This document shows, piece by piece, positions 1 through 9,137 of a stretch of DNA of 20,058 nt. Made by a program: the position numbers and the translations under genes. The stretch lies in assembly GCF_028285565.1 (NCBI RefSeq), contig NZ_JANQOY010000021.1:1-20058 (forward strand), in the 5' to 3' direction. How positions within the stretch are numbered: the stretch's first letter is position 1; every line of letters begins with the position of its first letter. The notes beneath the pieces are model-generated. The model saw only the letters and a program-made list of their open reading frames with translations. It was not told the origin of the DNA and ran no database searches. The DNA is from Acaryochloris sp. IP29b_bin.148 (GTDB taxonomy: Bacteria > Cyanobacteriota > Cyanobacteriia > Thermosynechococcales > Thermosynechococcaceae).

Positions 1-1
1 C

Positions 2-1183
2 GGTTCATCAGCAGCAGAAACGCTGGTAAAGGCTGGTATTGAGACTTATTTGTTTGAGCGTAAATTAGATAACGCCAAACCTTGTGGTGGTGCAATTCCG
101 CTATGCATGGTGGATGAATTTGATCTCCCCCTTGAGATTATTGACCGACAAGTTAGAAAGATGAGAATGATCTCTCCGTCTAACATTGAGGTCGATATCA
201 ATATCAAAAATGAGGGCGAATATATCGGCATGTGCCGTCGAGAAGTGTTAGACGGTTTTATGCGCGATCGCGCCGCTAAATTAGGTGCGAAGTTGATCAA
301 TGGTACGGTCAACAAGCTAGATTTCCCCACAGGGGCCAATCAGCCTTACACGATTCATTACGCTGACTTAACAGGCGGTCGGGCCGAAGGCGTCATGAAA
401 ACGCTCCAAGTCGATCTGGTGATTGGTGCAGATGGCGCTAACTCCAGAATCGCCAAAGAGATCAAAGCGGGCGACTACAACTATGCGATCGCATTCCAGG
501 AGCGCATTCGCCTTCCGGATGAATACATGGAGTACTACCAAGATCGTGCCGAAATGTACGTCGGCGACGATGTCTCCACTGACTTTTACGCTTGGGTCTT
601 CCCCAAATACGATCACGTTGCGGTTGGCACTGGCACCATGAAGGTCAATCAAGCCGACATCAAGAAGCTTCAGGCTGGAATTCGTGCTCGTGCGGCCCAT
701 CGCCTCGTCGGGGGTGAAATTATCAAAGTGGAAGCACACCCCATTCCTGAGCATCCTCGTCCTCGCCGGGTCGTCGGTCGGGTTGCCCTAGTCGGTGACG
801 CTGCCGGTACGGTCACCAAGTCTTCTGGCGAAGGCATCTATTTTGCCGCCAAGTCTGCTCGGATGTGTGCCGAAACCATCGTTGAGTTTTCCAACAATGG
901 TCAACGCGTTCCCACCGAAGATGAACTCAAGATTTATCTCAAGCGTTGGGATAAAGCCTACGGCATGACCTATAAGGTTCTCGATATTTTGCAGCGGGTC
1001 TTCTATCGCTCCGATGCCACTCGAGAAGCGTTTGTGGAAATGTGTGCCGATGAAGACGTCCAACAAATGACCTTCGACAGTTATTTGTATAAGACGGTGG
1101 TTCCCATGAATCCCATCAAGCAAATCAAGATTACCGCTAAAACTATCGGTAGCTTGATCCGCGGTAACGCCTTGGCTCCTTAA
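2..1183 (+). CDS. chlP: Geranylgeranyl diphosphate/geranylgeranyl-chlorophyll reductase ChlP, 5' partial (start lies upstream of the window)
   Basis: The frame is open from base 2 (GSSAAETLVKAGIETYLFERKLDNAKPCGGAIPLCMV...), so the track ATG at 50 is internal. The full length reads as the FAD-dependent ChlP/BchP family (KPCGGAIP, RREVLDGF, VALVGDAAG..SGEGIYFAAKS). Stop at 1181-1183. Confidence 0.93.
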   Translation, partial: GSSAAETLVKAGIETYLFERKLDNAKPCGGAIPLCMVDEFDLPLEIIDRQVRKMRMISPSNIEVDINIKNEGEYIGMCRREVLDGFMRDRAAKLGAKLINGTVNKLDFPTGANQPYTIHYADLTGGRAEGVMKTLQVDLVIGADGANSRIAKEIKAGDYNYAIAFQERIRLPDEYMEYYQDRAEMYVGDDVSTDFYAWVFPKYDHVAVGTGTMKVNQADIKKLQAGIRARAAHRLVGGEIIKVEAHPIPEHPRPRRVVGRVALVGDAAGTVTKSSGEGIYFAAKSARMCAETIVEFSNNGQRVPTEDELKIYLKRWDKAYGMTYKVLDILQRVFYRSDATREAFVEMCADEDVQQMTFDSYLYKTVVPMNPIKQIKITAKTIGSLIRGNALAP

Positions 1184-1215
1184 ACTTAGGTTTTAAGTCT
1201 ATTTAAGCCTTGAGT

Positions 1216-1255
1216 CATCAGCCCTTTAGCGAATAGCTAAAGGGCTGATGTTTTT
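1216..1255 (+). terminator. Rho-independent terminator downstream of chlP
   Basis: Perfect 15-bp stem catcagccctttagc (1216-1230) / gctaaagggctgatg (1236-1250) with loop gaata, followed directly by TTTTT (1251-1255). Confidence 0.8.
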
Positions 1256-1297
1256 GAATAGCAAAAGACGAGGAAGTACACCCAAAAGCTGGGTCCA

Positions 1298-1609
1298 TTA
1301 AGGATTTAAAACCTTGACTTGAATACCGTCATGATCCTCGTTGTCAGGAACACCTCCTGGCTTTTCCGGCCCTGGTGTGAGCTTGACTTGCGGTGGCAAA
1401 CCGACATTAATCTCCTGTGGTTCAGGCAGCTGCTTGGGCTGAGGCTGCCAAGAGCGCAGCCCTACTTCTTGTACACCTAAGACTTGTGCATCACCCGCTT
1501 TAGGTGAGATCTGCCCCTCTTGTTGCCGTTGTTGCGCTTTAGCATATTCTCCTCCTATGCTAATCAACACTGTGAAGGCCGTTATGTAAACCAACGTTGA
1601 TTTAAACAT
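1298..1609 (-). CDS. Hypothetical small secreted Pro/Gln-rich protein
   Basis: The ORF-track entry 1298..1630 begins at TTG. The internal ATG at 1609 gives MFKSTLVYITAFTVLISIGGEYAKA-Q, a signal-peptide-like N-terminus. I recognise no family. Confidence 0.5.
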   Translation of the reverse strand: MFKSTLVYITAFTVLISIGGEYAKAQQRQQEGQISPKAGDAQVLGVQEVGLRSWQPQPKQLPEPQEINVGLPPQVKLTPGPEKPGGVPDNEDHDGIQVKVLNP

Positions 1610-1919
1610 CGTTTTAGCTCTCTTTATCAATGGGTAAACCCACTAAACGACTGTCTCTCTTAAGTTAAAGACTTGCGTTCATCTACCCGTTTTAGTTTTA
1701 AAAAATCAATCGAATCTTCCCCAGATAGTTCTATTTTAATCAACAGAATTGCCGCTGTTTTGTCTCTGCAGAATGAAACAGTCAAATTAAATTTTTTCTT
1801 TAGCTTGTGTTGATAGGGGTCAACTCAGACGGGTGAAGCAATCGCAAGTCAGGATCCCCTACCGGTCGGTGTATTGCAGACCCTTTATCCTGAAGGGAGA
1901 GACAAGCAAGGAGCCGGGT

Positions 1920-2699
1920 ATGGCTGTAACCATTCATCAATTGCGACAGTTGAAACAGCAAGGTCGGCCGATATCCGTACTGACAGCTTGGGACTTTGCT
2001 CTAGCCACCCTCATCGATCAAGCCGGTGTTGATGTGGTCTTGGTGGGAGACTCATTGGCGATGGTTGCCCTAGGTTACTCAACCACGCTGTCTCTCACCC
2101 TAGAAGAAATGCTCTATCACGCCCAAGCGGTTACCCGAGGTGTCAATCATGCCCTTGTGGTCTGTGATTTGCCATTTATGAGCTACCAAGAAAGCCCCCA
2201 ACAGGCGCTGAAAAGTGCAGGAACCTTGTTACAGCAAGCAGGGGTTGCAGCGGTCAAAGTGGAAGGCGGATACCCGGATATGGTCGAAACGGTCCGCTTC
2301 TTGGTGAACCGGGGGATTCCGGTGATGGGCCATGTCGGTTTAACGCCCCAGTCTGTCCATCAGTTCAGCGGTTATCGCCGTCAAGGCACTTCCGAAGTCG
2401 ATGCAGACCGGATTCTACAAGAAGCCATTGCTTTGGAACAGGCTGGTGCCTTTGCCATCGTTCTTGAGCATATGCCAACGCCTCTGGCGGCCAAGATTAC
2501 GCAAACGCTCACCATCCCCACCATTGGGATTGGCGCAGGTTCCGCCTGTGATGGCCAAGTGCTGGTCACGGCAGACATGCTGGGGTTATCCGATTGGCAG
2601 CCCCCCTTTGCCAAATCCTATGGGAATCTGCGGCAATCGATCATAGAAACAGTGCAACAATATTGCGACGAGGTGCGCAATCATCAGTTTCCCCAATAA
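1920..2699 (+). CDS. panB: 3-methyl-2-oxobutanoate hydroxymethyltransferase (ketopantoate hydroxymethyltransferase)
   Basis: [44 protein letters not shown].. is typical PanB. The ATG at 1920 is preceded by AAGGAG (1908-1913). The track GTG at 1833 adds a non-homologous 29-aa leader. Confidence 0.93.
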   Translation: MAVTIHQLRQLKQQGRPISVLTAWDFALATLIDQAGVDVVLVGDSLAMVALGYSTTLSLTLEEMLYHAQAVTRGVNHALVVCDLPFMSYQESPQQALKSAGTLLQQAGVAAVKVEGGYPDMVETVRFLVNRGIPVMGHVGLTPQSVHQFSGYRRQGTSEVDADRILQEAIALEQAGAFAIVLEHMPTPLAAKITQTLTIPTIGIGAGSACDGQVLVTADMLGLSDWQPPFAKSYGNLRQSIIETVQQYCDEVRNHQFPQ

Positions 2700-2809
2700 T
2701 GTTTCTCAAACTCCATGCCAGATCAGGGTGAGATGCCCCGCTGAAAACGAAGAGAAAACGATAAGGTAATAAGGTAGAGATGTGGCCTAGCTGGGAAAGG
2801 AACGGATGA

Positions 2810-3454
2810 ATGCCGATCATCGCTGTGATTGATTACGATATGGGCAATCTGCATTCAGCCTGTAAAGGACTGCAAGAAGCCGGAGCACAGACAATTGTCA
2901 GCGATCGTCCAGAGGATTTGGTCTCTGCGGATGCGGTGGTTTTGCCTGGGGTGGGTGCCTTTGATCCGGCCATGCGGCATTTGCGATCGCGTCATCTTAT
3001 CCCCGTCATCCAAGACATTCTCGCCAGCGGTAAACCCTTTCTCGGTATTTGCTTAGGACTTCAAATTTTGTTCGAAGGCAGCGAAGAAGGGACAGAAGCA
3101 GGCTTAGGCATTATTCCTGGCACCGTCAAGCGGTTTCAATCCGAACCCGGTATTACCATCCCTCATATGGGTTGGAACCAGCTGGAGTATCAACAGCCTG
3201 ACCTGCCCCTATGGCGACACTCTCCTGCCCAACCTTGGGTCTATTTCGTCCACTCCTATTACGTTGACCCCGTTGACCCCACCGTTAAAGCCGCCACCGT
3301 TACCCACGGCACCCAAACCATTACCGCCGCCATCGCCCACGATAACTTGATGGCGGTCCAGTTTCACCCCGAAAAATCATCCACCTTCGGGCTCCAAATT
3401 CTGGCTAATTTTGTTGAGCAGGTACAGGCCACGCTGGTAACTCCAGCCCTCTAG
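2810..3454 (+). CDS. hisH: Imidazole glycerol phosphate synthase, glutamine amidotransferase subunit
   Basis: MPIIAVIDYDMGNLHSACKGL..., GKPFLGICLGLQILF (catalytic Cys context) and VQFHPEKS (His/Glu of the triad) are class-I GATase HisH signatures. Confidence 0.93.
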   Translation: MPIIAVIDYDMGNLHSACKGLQEAGAQTIVSDRPEDLVSADAVVLPGVGAFDPAMRHLRSRHLIPVIQDILASGKPFLGICLGLQILFEGSEEGTEAGLGIIPGTVKRFQSEPGITIPHMGWNQLEYQQPDLPLWRHSPAQPWVYFVHSYYVDPVDPTVKAATVTHGTQTITAAIAHDNLMAVQFHPEKSSTFGLQILANFVEQVQATLVTPAL

Positions 3455-3460
3455 ACCCCC

Positions 3461-3973
3461 ATGAATTACTTAATTGCGGTCCTTCCTGATCGAATTCAAG
3501 CAGAAGCAGCCTATACCGATTTAGAAAAAGCCGGGATTCCACTCAGCCAACTGTCTTTGTTGGGAAGAGGCTATAAAAGTGCCGATGAATTTGGCTTTAT
3601 TGACCCGAAGCAACCTGCCCGCAAGCAAGCTCGACGGTTGATGAACTTTTCGATTCCAATTGGATTCATGTGTGGGGCCACCTTTGAGTTATATACAGGG
3701 GTGCGCTTGTTTTCAGGGATGGGCACCGTCATTAATGTTGTGCTGGGTGGACTGCTCGGCGCTTCTTTTGGTGCCTTTGGCGGACTGTTCTCCGGTGGGT
3801 TGACGGGTTTAACCACCGGCAGTGGAGATGCCCTGGTGTATCGCAATCGTTTGAGTGCCGGAAAATATATTGTGGTGGTCAAAGGTCCTGAACCACTGAC
3901 CCGCAAAGCCACTAATATTCTGCGGGCATATGACCCCGAAAATATCCAAGGTTATGTTGAACCGCCAGACTGA
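3461..3973 (+). CDS. Hypothetical membrane protein with glycine-zipper C-terminal half
   Basis: 170-aa ORF starting 7 nt after hisH. Soluble N-terminal part, then GMGTVINVVLGGLLGASFGAFGGLFSGGLTGLTTG (GxxxG-rich). Its stop TGA (3971-3973) overlaps the rsmD ATG (3973-3975). Confidence 0.7.
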   Translation: MNYLIAVLPDRIQAEAAYTDLEKAGIPLSQLSLLGRGYKSADEFGFIDPKQPARKQARRLMNFSIPIGFMCGATFELYTGVRLFSGMGTVINVVLGGLLGASFGAFGGLFSGGLTGLTTGSGDALVYRNRLSAGKYIVVVKGPEPLTRKATNILRAYDPENIQGYVEPPD

Positions 3974-4518
3974 TGGTCAGAATTTACGGTAACCGTCAGA
4001 TTAAAACCTTGCCAGGTTTACAGACTCGCCCGACTACTGCGCGGGTGCGAGAGGCTCTGTTTAATCGCTGGCAACATCACCTGCAGGGTTGTCACTGGCT
4101 AGATCTCTGTGCTGGCAGTGGATCGATGGGGGCTGAAGCCCTCTGTCGAGAGGCCGCAGTCGTTTATGGCATTGAACAAACTGGGGAGGCTTGCCGCATC
4201 ATTCGCCAGAATTGGCAATCTGTAGCGAAGCCCACGCAAACTTTCCAAGTACTGCGGGGAGACGTCATCAAAAGGCTGATGAAACTGACGGGCCAGTCCT
4301 TTGATTTGATTTATTTCGATCCGCCCTATGATGGTGGCTTATATGAGGGGGTATTGGCTGCGATCGCAACCCATCACATCCTCAAACCCACGGGAGAACT
4401 GGCTGTAGAACATCACCCTAAAAAAACATTATCGTTGCCAGCAAAACTGACCACTTGCCATACACGCACGTATGGCAATACAAAGCTAACCTTTGTTCAA
4501 GCTGCCACGACCCTATAA
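3973..4518 (+). CDS. rsmD: 16S rRNA (guanine966-N2)-methyltransferase RsmD family
   Basis: RIYGNRQIKTLPGLQTRPTTARVREALFN, LDLCAGSGSMGAEAL (SAM motif I) and IYFDPPY (DPPY catalytic motif). Confidence 0.88.
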   Translation: MVRIYGNRQIKTLPGLQTRPTTARVREALFNRWQHHLQGCHWLDLCAGSGSMGAEALCREAAVVYGIEQTGEACRIIRQNWQSVAKPTQTFQVLRGDVIKRLMKLTGQSFDLIYFDPPYDGGLYEGVLAAIATHHILKPTGELAVEHHPKKTLSLPAKLTTCHTRTYGNTKLTFVQAATTL

Positions 4519-4618
4519 CCCCACGTTGGGTTTAGCCTGCTTTGAAGCGCTTTTACCCAAACGCAAGGATGGCAGTCTAGACAAGAATTAGGGTCTCAGC
4601 TAATTCCAAACGTGACCT

Positions 4619-4655
4619 AAAAACAATTAGAGAGACAAGCAAAGCTTGTCTCTCT
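4619..4655 (-). terminator. Probable terminator downstream of petG
   Basis: Perfect 12-bp stem agagagacaagc (4629-4640) / gcttgtctctct (4644-4655) with loop aaa. On the minus strand the stem is followed by aattgTTTTT (T-run 4623-4619). It lies about 70 nt after the petG stop. Confidence 0.5.
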
Positions 4656-4724
4656 ATCACTCATCGCTAATACGTATTAAGGCAACAACTCTTATGAATT
4701 GACCTTTAGTCCGACTGAAGAGCG

Positions 4725-4835
4725 TTAGCCTACCTCTTCTCCACGCTTGTACTGTTGCCATGCAGCGACAAACAATCCGGCCAGGGTCACAGGAACTAGG
4801 CCCAGAACAATACCTGCTAAGAGAGGTTCTACCAC
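4725..4835 (-). CDS. petG: Cytochrome b6-f complex subunit 5 (PetG), 36 aa
   Basis: My own translation; the gene is not in the ORF track. GTG start at 4835, preceded by AAAGGAG. Product [36 protein letters not shown], matching the PetG pattern (..[27 protein letters not shown]..) recalled from memory. Confidence 0.85.
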   Translation of the reverse strand: MVEPLLAGIVLGLVPVTLAGLFVAAWQQYKRGEEVG

Positions 4836-5106
4836 GGTGATAACTCCTTTATGTACGCATTAGAGCAGCGTCTATATCATTTTAACTCTAATCACCTTTG
4901 GGACCCTTGACAAGAGCGCTAATCCTCTTGATTAGCCCCGACCCTACCCGAAGCTGCTGATCTGGGTTGTTATCATAAACAAAATAACCAAAGCTAACCG
5001 TGATCGAAAACTGAAACAACCACTTGCTTTCTTCGTCTTAACGGTAAGATCCTTGTAGTCAAGCGACTGGAATACTCAGTCCTGCTCTCCATCTTTTTTC
5101 TTCTCA

Positions 5107-6552
5107 GTGTCTATGAACGGCTCATCTAAAAACAGTTTTTCGAAGTCTTGGCAGCAACCCGGCAACATCGCCTTAATGGCGTCCATGATTGCTCACGGTA
5201 TCTTTGCCATCTACGCTGGACAAGCCTTTGAACTCACCACTGACCCACAAATCAGGACCAAAAAGCTGAGAGTAGTGAGTCTGTTACAAACCCCTCCCAA
5301 TCAACCTGCCCGTTCTAACCAACCCTTCGATCCCGATGCTCCCCCACCGGCTCCCGGCGTTGCAGGTTTACCACTCAATATCACTTCGGCTGATGGTTTG
5401 CCTGACCTCCCTGGCGCTGGTGCTCCTAGTGCGCCTAATCCAGCCTTTGACCCTTTTGCGTCTTCTGTAGTTGAAATATCGCCCCAAACACCTTCTTCAC
5501 CCATTACGCCTAACTCTGTGGCCCAGGCACCCCCTAATAATGGATCTGCCAATACCACACCAAAATCCGATAACAATGGACCGACTCTCAGTGATGAAGA
5601 CTTTGAGAATTGGCTCAATGGCGCTGATCGGTTACCTGCGCTGGCCGGCGACCCTAGGGTTAGTAACTCTTTACCCTCCCCTGGGGCTCCCACAGGCCCG
5701 GTTGCCAATAATACGGCTTCTCTCCTGTCCGATAACGTGGGCGGTGCAAACAGTAATTCGGTGAATTCGAGTAATGGCGCTGTCCAACCGACACGAAAAG
5801 AGCTAGCCCCTCCTGGTGAAACCGTCACCCGAACCATTGCCTACGATTATCCAAAAGCAGCTTGTAAAGATCGCTTGGAAGGAAAAGCAGAGTACAGAAT
5901 CTGGGTGACTCCACAAGCAACCCCATATGTGTCTGATATTACGATCTCCACTGAATCTCCTATCCTCGATCAAGCAGTCAAAACAGCAGCCCAGAAATAC
6001 AAAATCACGGCAGATGACGCTAGTAAGCTGGTTATTTTGCCCTTCGATATCAAGTATTCTCAGAAAGCTTGCGAGCAGAAAGACACAACCCCCTCTTCTG
6101 AACCAACACTTGATCCAAAGACGCCTAAGCCATCTGAGCCCCCTGCGGCCAGCCCTACACCCCTCTCTGAGGATAAACCCAGCCCCCCCAGCCCAGAGGT
6201 CCCCTCGCCGGCACCGAGTCCAGCGGCACCCGCAGGGTCACCACCTACTGCCCCTGTAGAGCAACCCACACCCTCGCCGCTCCCTAATCCGCCTCAACTG
6301 ACGCCCCTCTCTCCCCAACCTGCAGTTCAGCCGCCTGTACCGAAACCACCGTCTTCCAGTCCAGCACAGTCTCCTGAGCCTTTGCAAGCGCCACCTAGCA
6401 ATTCAGAAGAGCCCTCTTTAAAGGCTCCGACTGCACCGACTGATACAGCTGAACCAACCCCATTGGCGCCACCCGCAGCTGCACCAGCCACCGAGCCTTC
6501 ATCAGTGCCTACACCTGGCACGACAGACACGCAGGCAGCACCTGCTAACTAA
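5107..6552 (+). CDS. TonB-family-like membrane-anchored proline-rich protein
   Basis: N-terminal TM helix with an SxxxH motif (MASMIAHGIFAIYAG). Pro/Asn/Ser-rich spacer, then a TonB_C-like core (YDYPKAACKDRLEGKAEYRIWV...ISTESPILDQAVKTAAQKYKI), then a ~160-aa P/S/A/T-rich tail. The start may be GTG 5107 or ATG 5113. Confidence 0.6.
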   Translation: MSMNGSSKNSFSKSWQQPGNIALMASMIAHGIFAIYAGQAFELTTDPQIRTKKLRVVSLLQTPPNQPARSNQPFDPDAPPPAPGVAGLPLNITSADGLPDLPGAGAPSAPNPAFDPFASSVVEISPQTPSSPITPNSVAQAPPNNGSANTTPKSDNNGPTLSDEDFENWLNGADRLPALAGDPRVSNSLPSPGAPTGPVANNTASLLSDNVGGANSNSVNSSNGAVQPTRKELAPPGETVTRTIAYDYPKAACKDRLEGKAEYRIWVTPQATPYVSDITISTESPILDQAVKTAAQKYKITADDASKLVILPFDIKYSQKACEQKDTTPSSEPTLDPKTPKPSEPPAASPTPLSEDKPSPPSPEVPSPAPSPAAPAGSPPTAPVEQPTPSPLPNPPQLTPLSPQPAVQPPVPKPPSSSPAQSPEPLQAPPSNSEEPSLKAPTAPTDTAEPTPLAPPAAAPATEPSSVPTPGTTDTQAAPAN

Positions 6553-6836
6553 TGTTCATATCCAAGCGGGAGCCGCTGATCGCCAACGCGATTACTGTAT
6601 ATCCTGGTACTCCATCCCAGTCATTGACCGTCTGACAACTGGGACAACGCCTAACGTCCAAGGGCAATGACTTCAGCACATGCTTGCAATGGTTACACGT
6701 CTTGCTCGACGGATACCACTGGTCTACATCGGCAACAGTCTTGCCCTTCAAAGAAGGGCAACGAACGCTAGAATTTTTAGAATTCACGGCAGGCCAGATC
6801 ACTCGGGTTATGCTGCCGAACGCTGGGAACTATCAA
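6545..6836 (-). pseudogene. tnpB: Relic of an IS200/IS605-family TnpB (OrfB) gene: C-terminal zinc-ribbon region only
   Basis: GKTVADVDQWYPSSKTCNHCKHVLKSLPLDVRRCPSCQTVNDWD matches the TnpB C-terminal pattern (..V.VD..[FY]PSSK.C..CG......L..R.W.C..CG..HDRD.NAA.NI). The upstream part is only readable across in-frame stops (..SDLACREF*KF*..). The ~300-aa N-terminal RuvC part is absent. The 5' boundary is uncertain. Confidence 0.6.
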
Positions 6837-7040
6837 CGGCTCAATAGGTGAGAGGACCTGAATCCGTCGGCTATTTACGAGCATGCGTTGTTCTGTTGTT
6901 CTGCCAATTGTCTACTTTATGTAACTGATGGGGCAGAATAGATTCATAACTTTGTGTAAGCTACATATAGATACATCCGCTCTTCCACCTCAAACCGCTT
7001 ATCCAACCTTAATGATTCCAACACTAAAGGCTGCAAATCG

Positions 7041-7784
7041 ATGAGCAGTTTGCTGGCACATCGCCTCAAGGACGGGACCAAACAGGCCCATTCCCTCGCA
7101 GAGAATGCGGGATTTATCCGTTGTTTCCTCAAAGGAGCGGTGGAAAAAACATCTTATCGCCAGCTTTTGAGTGATTTTTACTTTGTCTATACTGCTCTTG
7201 AAGAAGAGATGGTCGCGCAGCAACACCATCCGCTTTTGAGTCATTTATATTTTACAGAACTCCACCGAAAAAGTAGTCTGGCAAAAGATCTGAGCTACTA
7301 TTGGGGGAATGCTTGGCAAGAGGTGATTACTCCTTCCGATGCTGCTCAGCGCTATGTGGAAAGAATCCATGCGGTTGCGATCGCAGATCCCATTCTCCTC
7401 ATTGCCCATAGCTATACCCGTTATCTCGGAGATCTGTCAGGCGGGCAACTGCTGAAAAAGCTCGCACAACGAGGCATGAATCTTCCCCCAGGCCACGGCA
7501 TTGCCTTTTATGAGTTTGAGGATATTCAGAATCCGAAAGCCTTTAAGGCTAAGTATCGGCAAGCTTTAAACCACTTGTCCTTAGATGAGAGTGCGATCAC
7601 TCAAATTGTGGATGAAGCGAATCTCGCCTTCCAGTTGAATATGGCCTTATTCCAAGATGTGGAAGGGAGTCTGATCCAAGCGATTGGCCAGATGATTTTC
7701 AACCATCTGACTCGTTCTCGCCGAAACAACGCTTCCCAGTGGTCTGCAGATCTGACAGAGACGACAGGACTACAGCCCGACTAA
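7041..7784 (+). CDS. ho1: Heme oxygenase (biliverdin-producing)
   Basis: LKDGTKQAHSLAENAGFIRCFLKGAVEKTSYRQLLSDFYFVYTALEEEM and HSYTRYLGDLSGGQLLKK are canonical heme oxygenase motifs. The length and the C-terminal IGQMIFNHLTRSRR resemble cyanobacterial HO-1 more than HO-2, judged from memory. Confidence 0.92.
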   Translation: MSSLLAHRLKDGTKQAHSLAENAGFIRCFLKGAVEKTSYRQLLSDFYFVYTALEEEMVAQQHHPLLSHLYFTELHRKSSLAKDLSYYWGNAWQEVITPSDAAQRYVERIHAVAIADPILLIAHSYTRYLGDLSGGQLLKKLAQRGMNLPPGHGIAFYEFEDIQNPKAFKAKYRQALNHLSLDESAITQIVDEANLAFQLNMALFQDVEGSLIQAIGQMIFNHLTRSRRNNASQWSADLTETTGLQPD

Positions 7785-8035
7785 CCGCACTCACACCAGG
7801 TTTAGTGCCGCTGATCGAGAGAACTGAATCAAGCACTTATTCGCCGCAACCGCAGGATCTGGCATTATTTCTTGCGCTACATCTTCTTGCGAACTTGCTC
7901 ACAGGATCGGATCCAGCAATACAACGGCCTGAAGGGCAATGATATATCCGTCTATGTCTTAGGGACGGGGAACGTTACAATCTGGAAGCTGAGGTTGGTG
8001 CCCATTTCAACACCGTGTCGAACCTAAAGGAATCT

Positions 8036-8926
8036 ATGACACCTCATTCTGTGCCTTTTGAGCATATTTCAGTCTTGAGTCAAGAACTGATGGCAGGGGT
8101 GTTGACTAGCGAACAAGGCTTATATTTAGATGCCACCGTTGGGGGGGGAGGACATAGCGCCCTGATTTTGGAGCACTGTCCGCGGGCGCAAGTGATTGCC
8201 CTGGATCAAGATATTCAAGCACTGGATGCCGCTCGGGCAAGGCTGGCAGACGAGTGCGATCGCATCCAGTTTTGGCACGGAAATTTTTCAGCCTATCATC
8301 CGGGCGATCTGCGCTTTGATGGCATTATTGCCGATTTAGGCGTCAGTTCTGCCCAACTGGATCGCCCGGAACGGGGCTTTAGTTTTCGGTACGAAGCAGA
8401 TTTAGATATGCGCATGGATCAGGGCCAGGCCCTCACCGCGGCCCAGATTATCAACACCTATTCAGAACGGGAGCTAGCCGACCTCTTCTATCACTATGGA
8501 GAAGAGCGATTTTCGCGACGAATTGCCCGCAAAATTGTCTCCAGACGTCCCCTAACCACCACCACTCATCTGGCACAGATCGTGGCGTCTACGCTGCCCG
8601 CTGGCAAAGGACGTCACCGTCGCATCCACCCAGCAACCCGAGTCTTTCAAGCTCTACGGATTGCCGTCAATCAGGAATTACAGGTTTTGGCAGACTTTAT
8701 AGAGGTAGCCCCGACCTGGCTGAGACCCGGTGGCAGAATCGGCATTATTAGTTTTCATAGCTTGGAAGATCGGATTGTTAAACACCACTTTCGCCAACAT
8801 CCATTACTTCAAGTGATCACTAAAAAACCGCTGGTGGCATCCGAACAGGAAAAAACACAAAATAGCCGATCTCGGTCCGCTAAATTGCGGATTGCGGAAA
8901 GGGTTGAGGCTACGAGTGCGTCTTGA
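8036..8926 (+). CDS. rsmH: 16S rRNA (cytosine1402-N4)-methyltransferase RsmH/MraW
   Basis: [59 protein letters not shown]. The ATG at 8036 follows AAGGA (8027-8031). The track GTG at 8015 is an alternative start. Confidence 0.92.
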   Translation: MTPHSVPFEHISVLSQELMAGVLTSEQGLYLDATVGGGGHSALILEHCPRAQVIALDQDIQALDAARARLADECDRIQFWHGNFSAYHPGDLRFDGIIADLGVSSAQLDRPERGFSFRYEADLDMRMDQGQALTAAQIINTYSERELADLFYHYGEERFSRRIARKIVSRRPLTTTTHLAQIVASTLPAGKGRHRRIHPATRVFQALRIAVNQELQVLADFIEVAPTWLRPGGRIGIISFHSLEDRIVKHHFRQHPLLQVITKKPLVASEQEKTQNSRSRSAKLRIAERVEATSAS

Positions 8927-9137
8927 CACAGGATGGAGGGGGGCGACCATCAGGCTCGATGGATGACAACCCCAATCAAATTGTCTGTCTACGAATTAAT
9001 CCTCTCAAACTGTAAACAAAAGATAAGTATTCTGGAAACTTTTGTGAATTTATGCATTTATAATGCATGTGGCAGCTCCTAAAAACCGAGTTCCCACACC
9101 CATTACCCGTCTTTTTCTTGGGCTTGAGGAGTTGATT

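Noticed and set aside
46-1123. Minus-strand ORFs 46..339, 368..754 and 788..1123, and plus-strand ORF 423..641, all inside chlP.
   Set aside because: They lie entirely within a confidently identified CDS. Their compositions (Ser/Arg/Gly-rich, no motifs) are typical of shadow ORFs.
1833-1919. N-terminal extensions proposed by the ORF track for panB. The same applies at 14503-14589 (methyltransferase), 9063-9137 (FtsL-like), 8015-8035 (rsmH) and 18357-18431 (kinase).
   Set aside because: In each case a downstream ATG with a better Shine-Dalgarno-like sequence coincides with where family homology begins. The extensions use GTG/TTG or overlap the preceding gene. The kinase and rsmH starts remain ambiguous.
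5301-6530. ORFs 5301..5837(-), 5471..5764(+), 5927..6259(+), 6060..6269(-) and 6327..6530(-) inside the Pro-rich gene.
   Set aside because: The low-complexity CCN/GGN-rich coding sequence keeps other frames open. The products are Gly/Ala or Arg/Ser mirror images with no independent signals.
6944-7244. Minus-strand ORFs 6944..7132 and 6999..7244 at the ho1 5' end. I also attempted to read 6840-7040 as more TnpB.
   Set aside because: They overlap the ho1 start region antisense. I could not recognise any RuvC or TnpB N-terminal motif in any frame there.
7739-7942. A 67-aa ORF overlapping the ho1 3' end and extending into the spacer.
   Set aside because: It has no RBS and starts inside ho1 in another frame. 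Its composition is undistinctive, so it is probably non-coding spacer.
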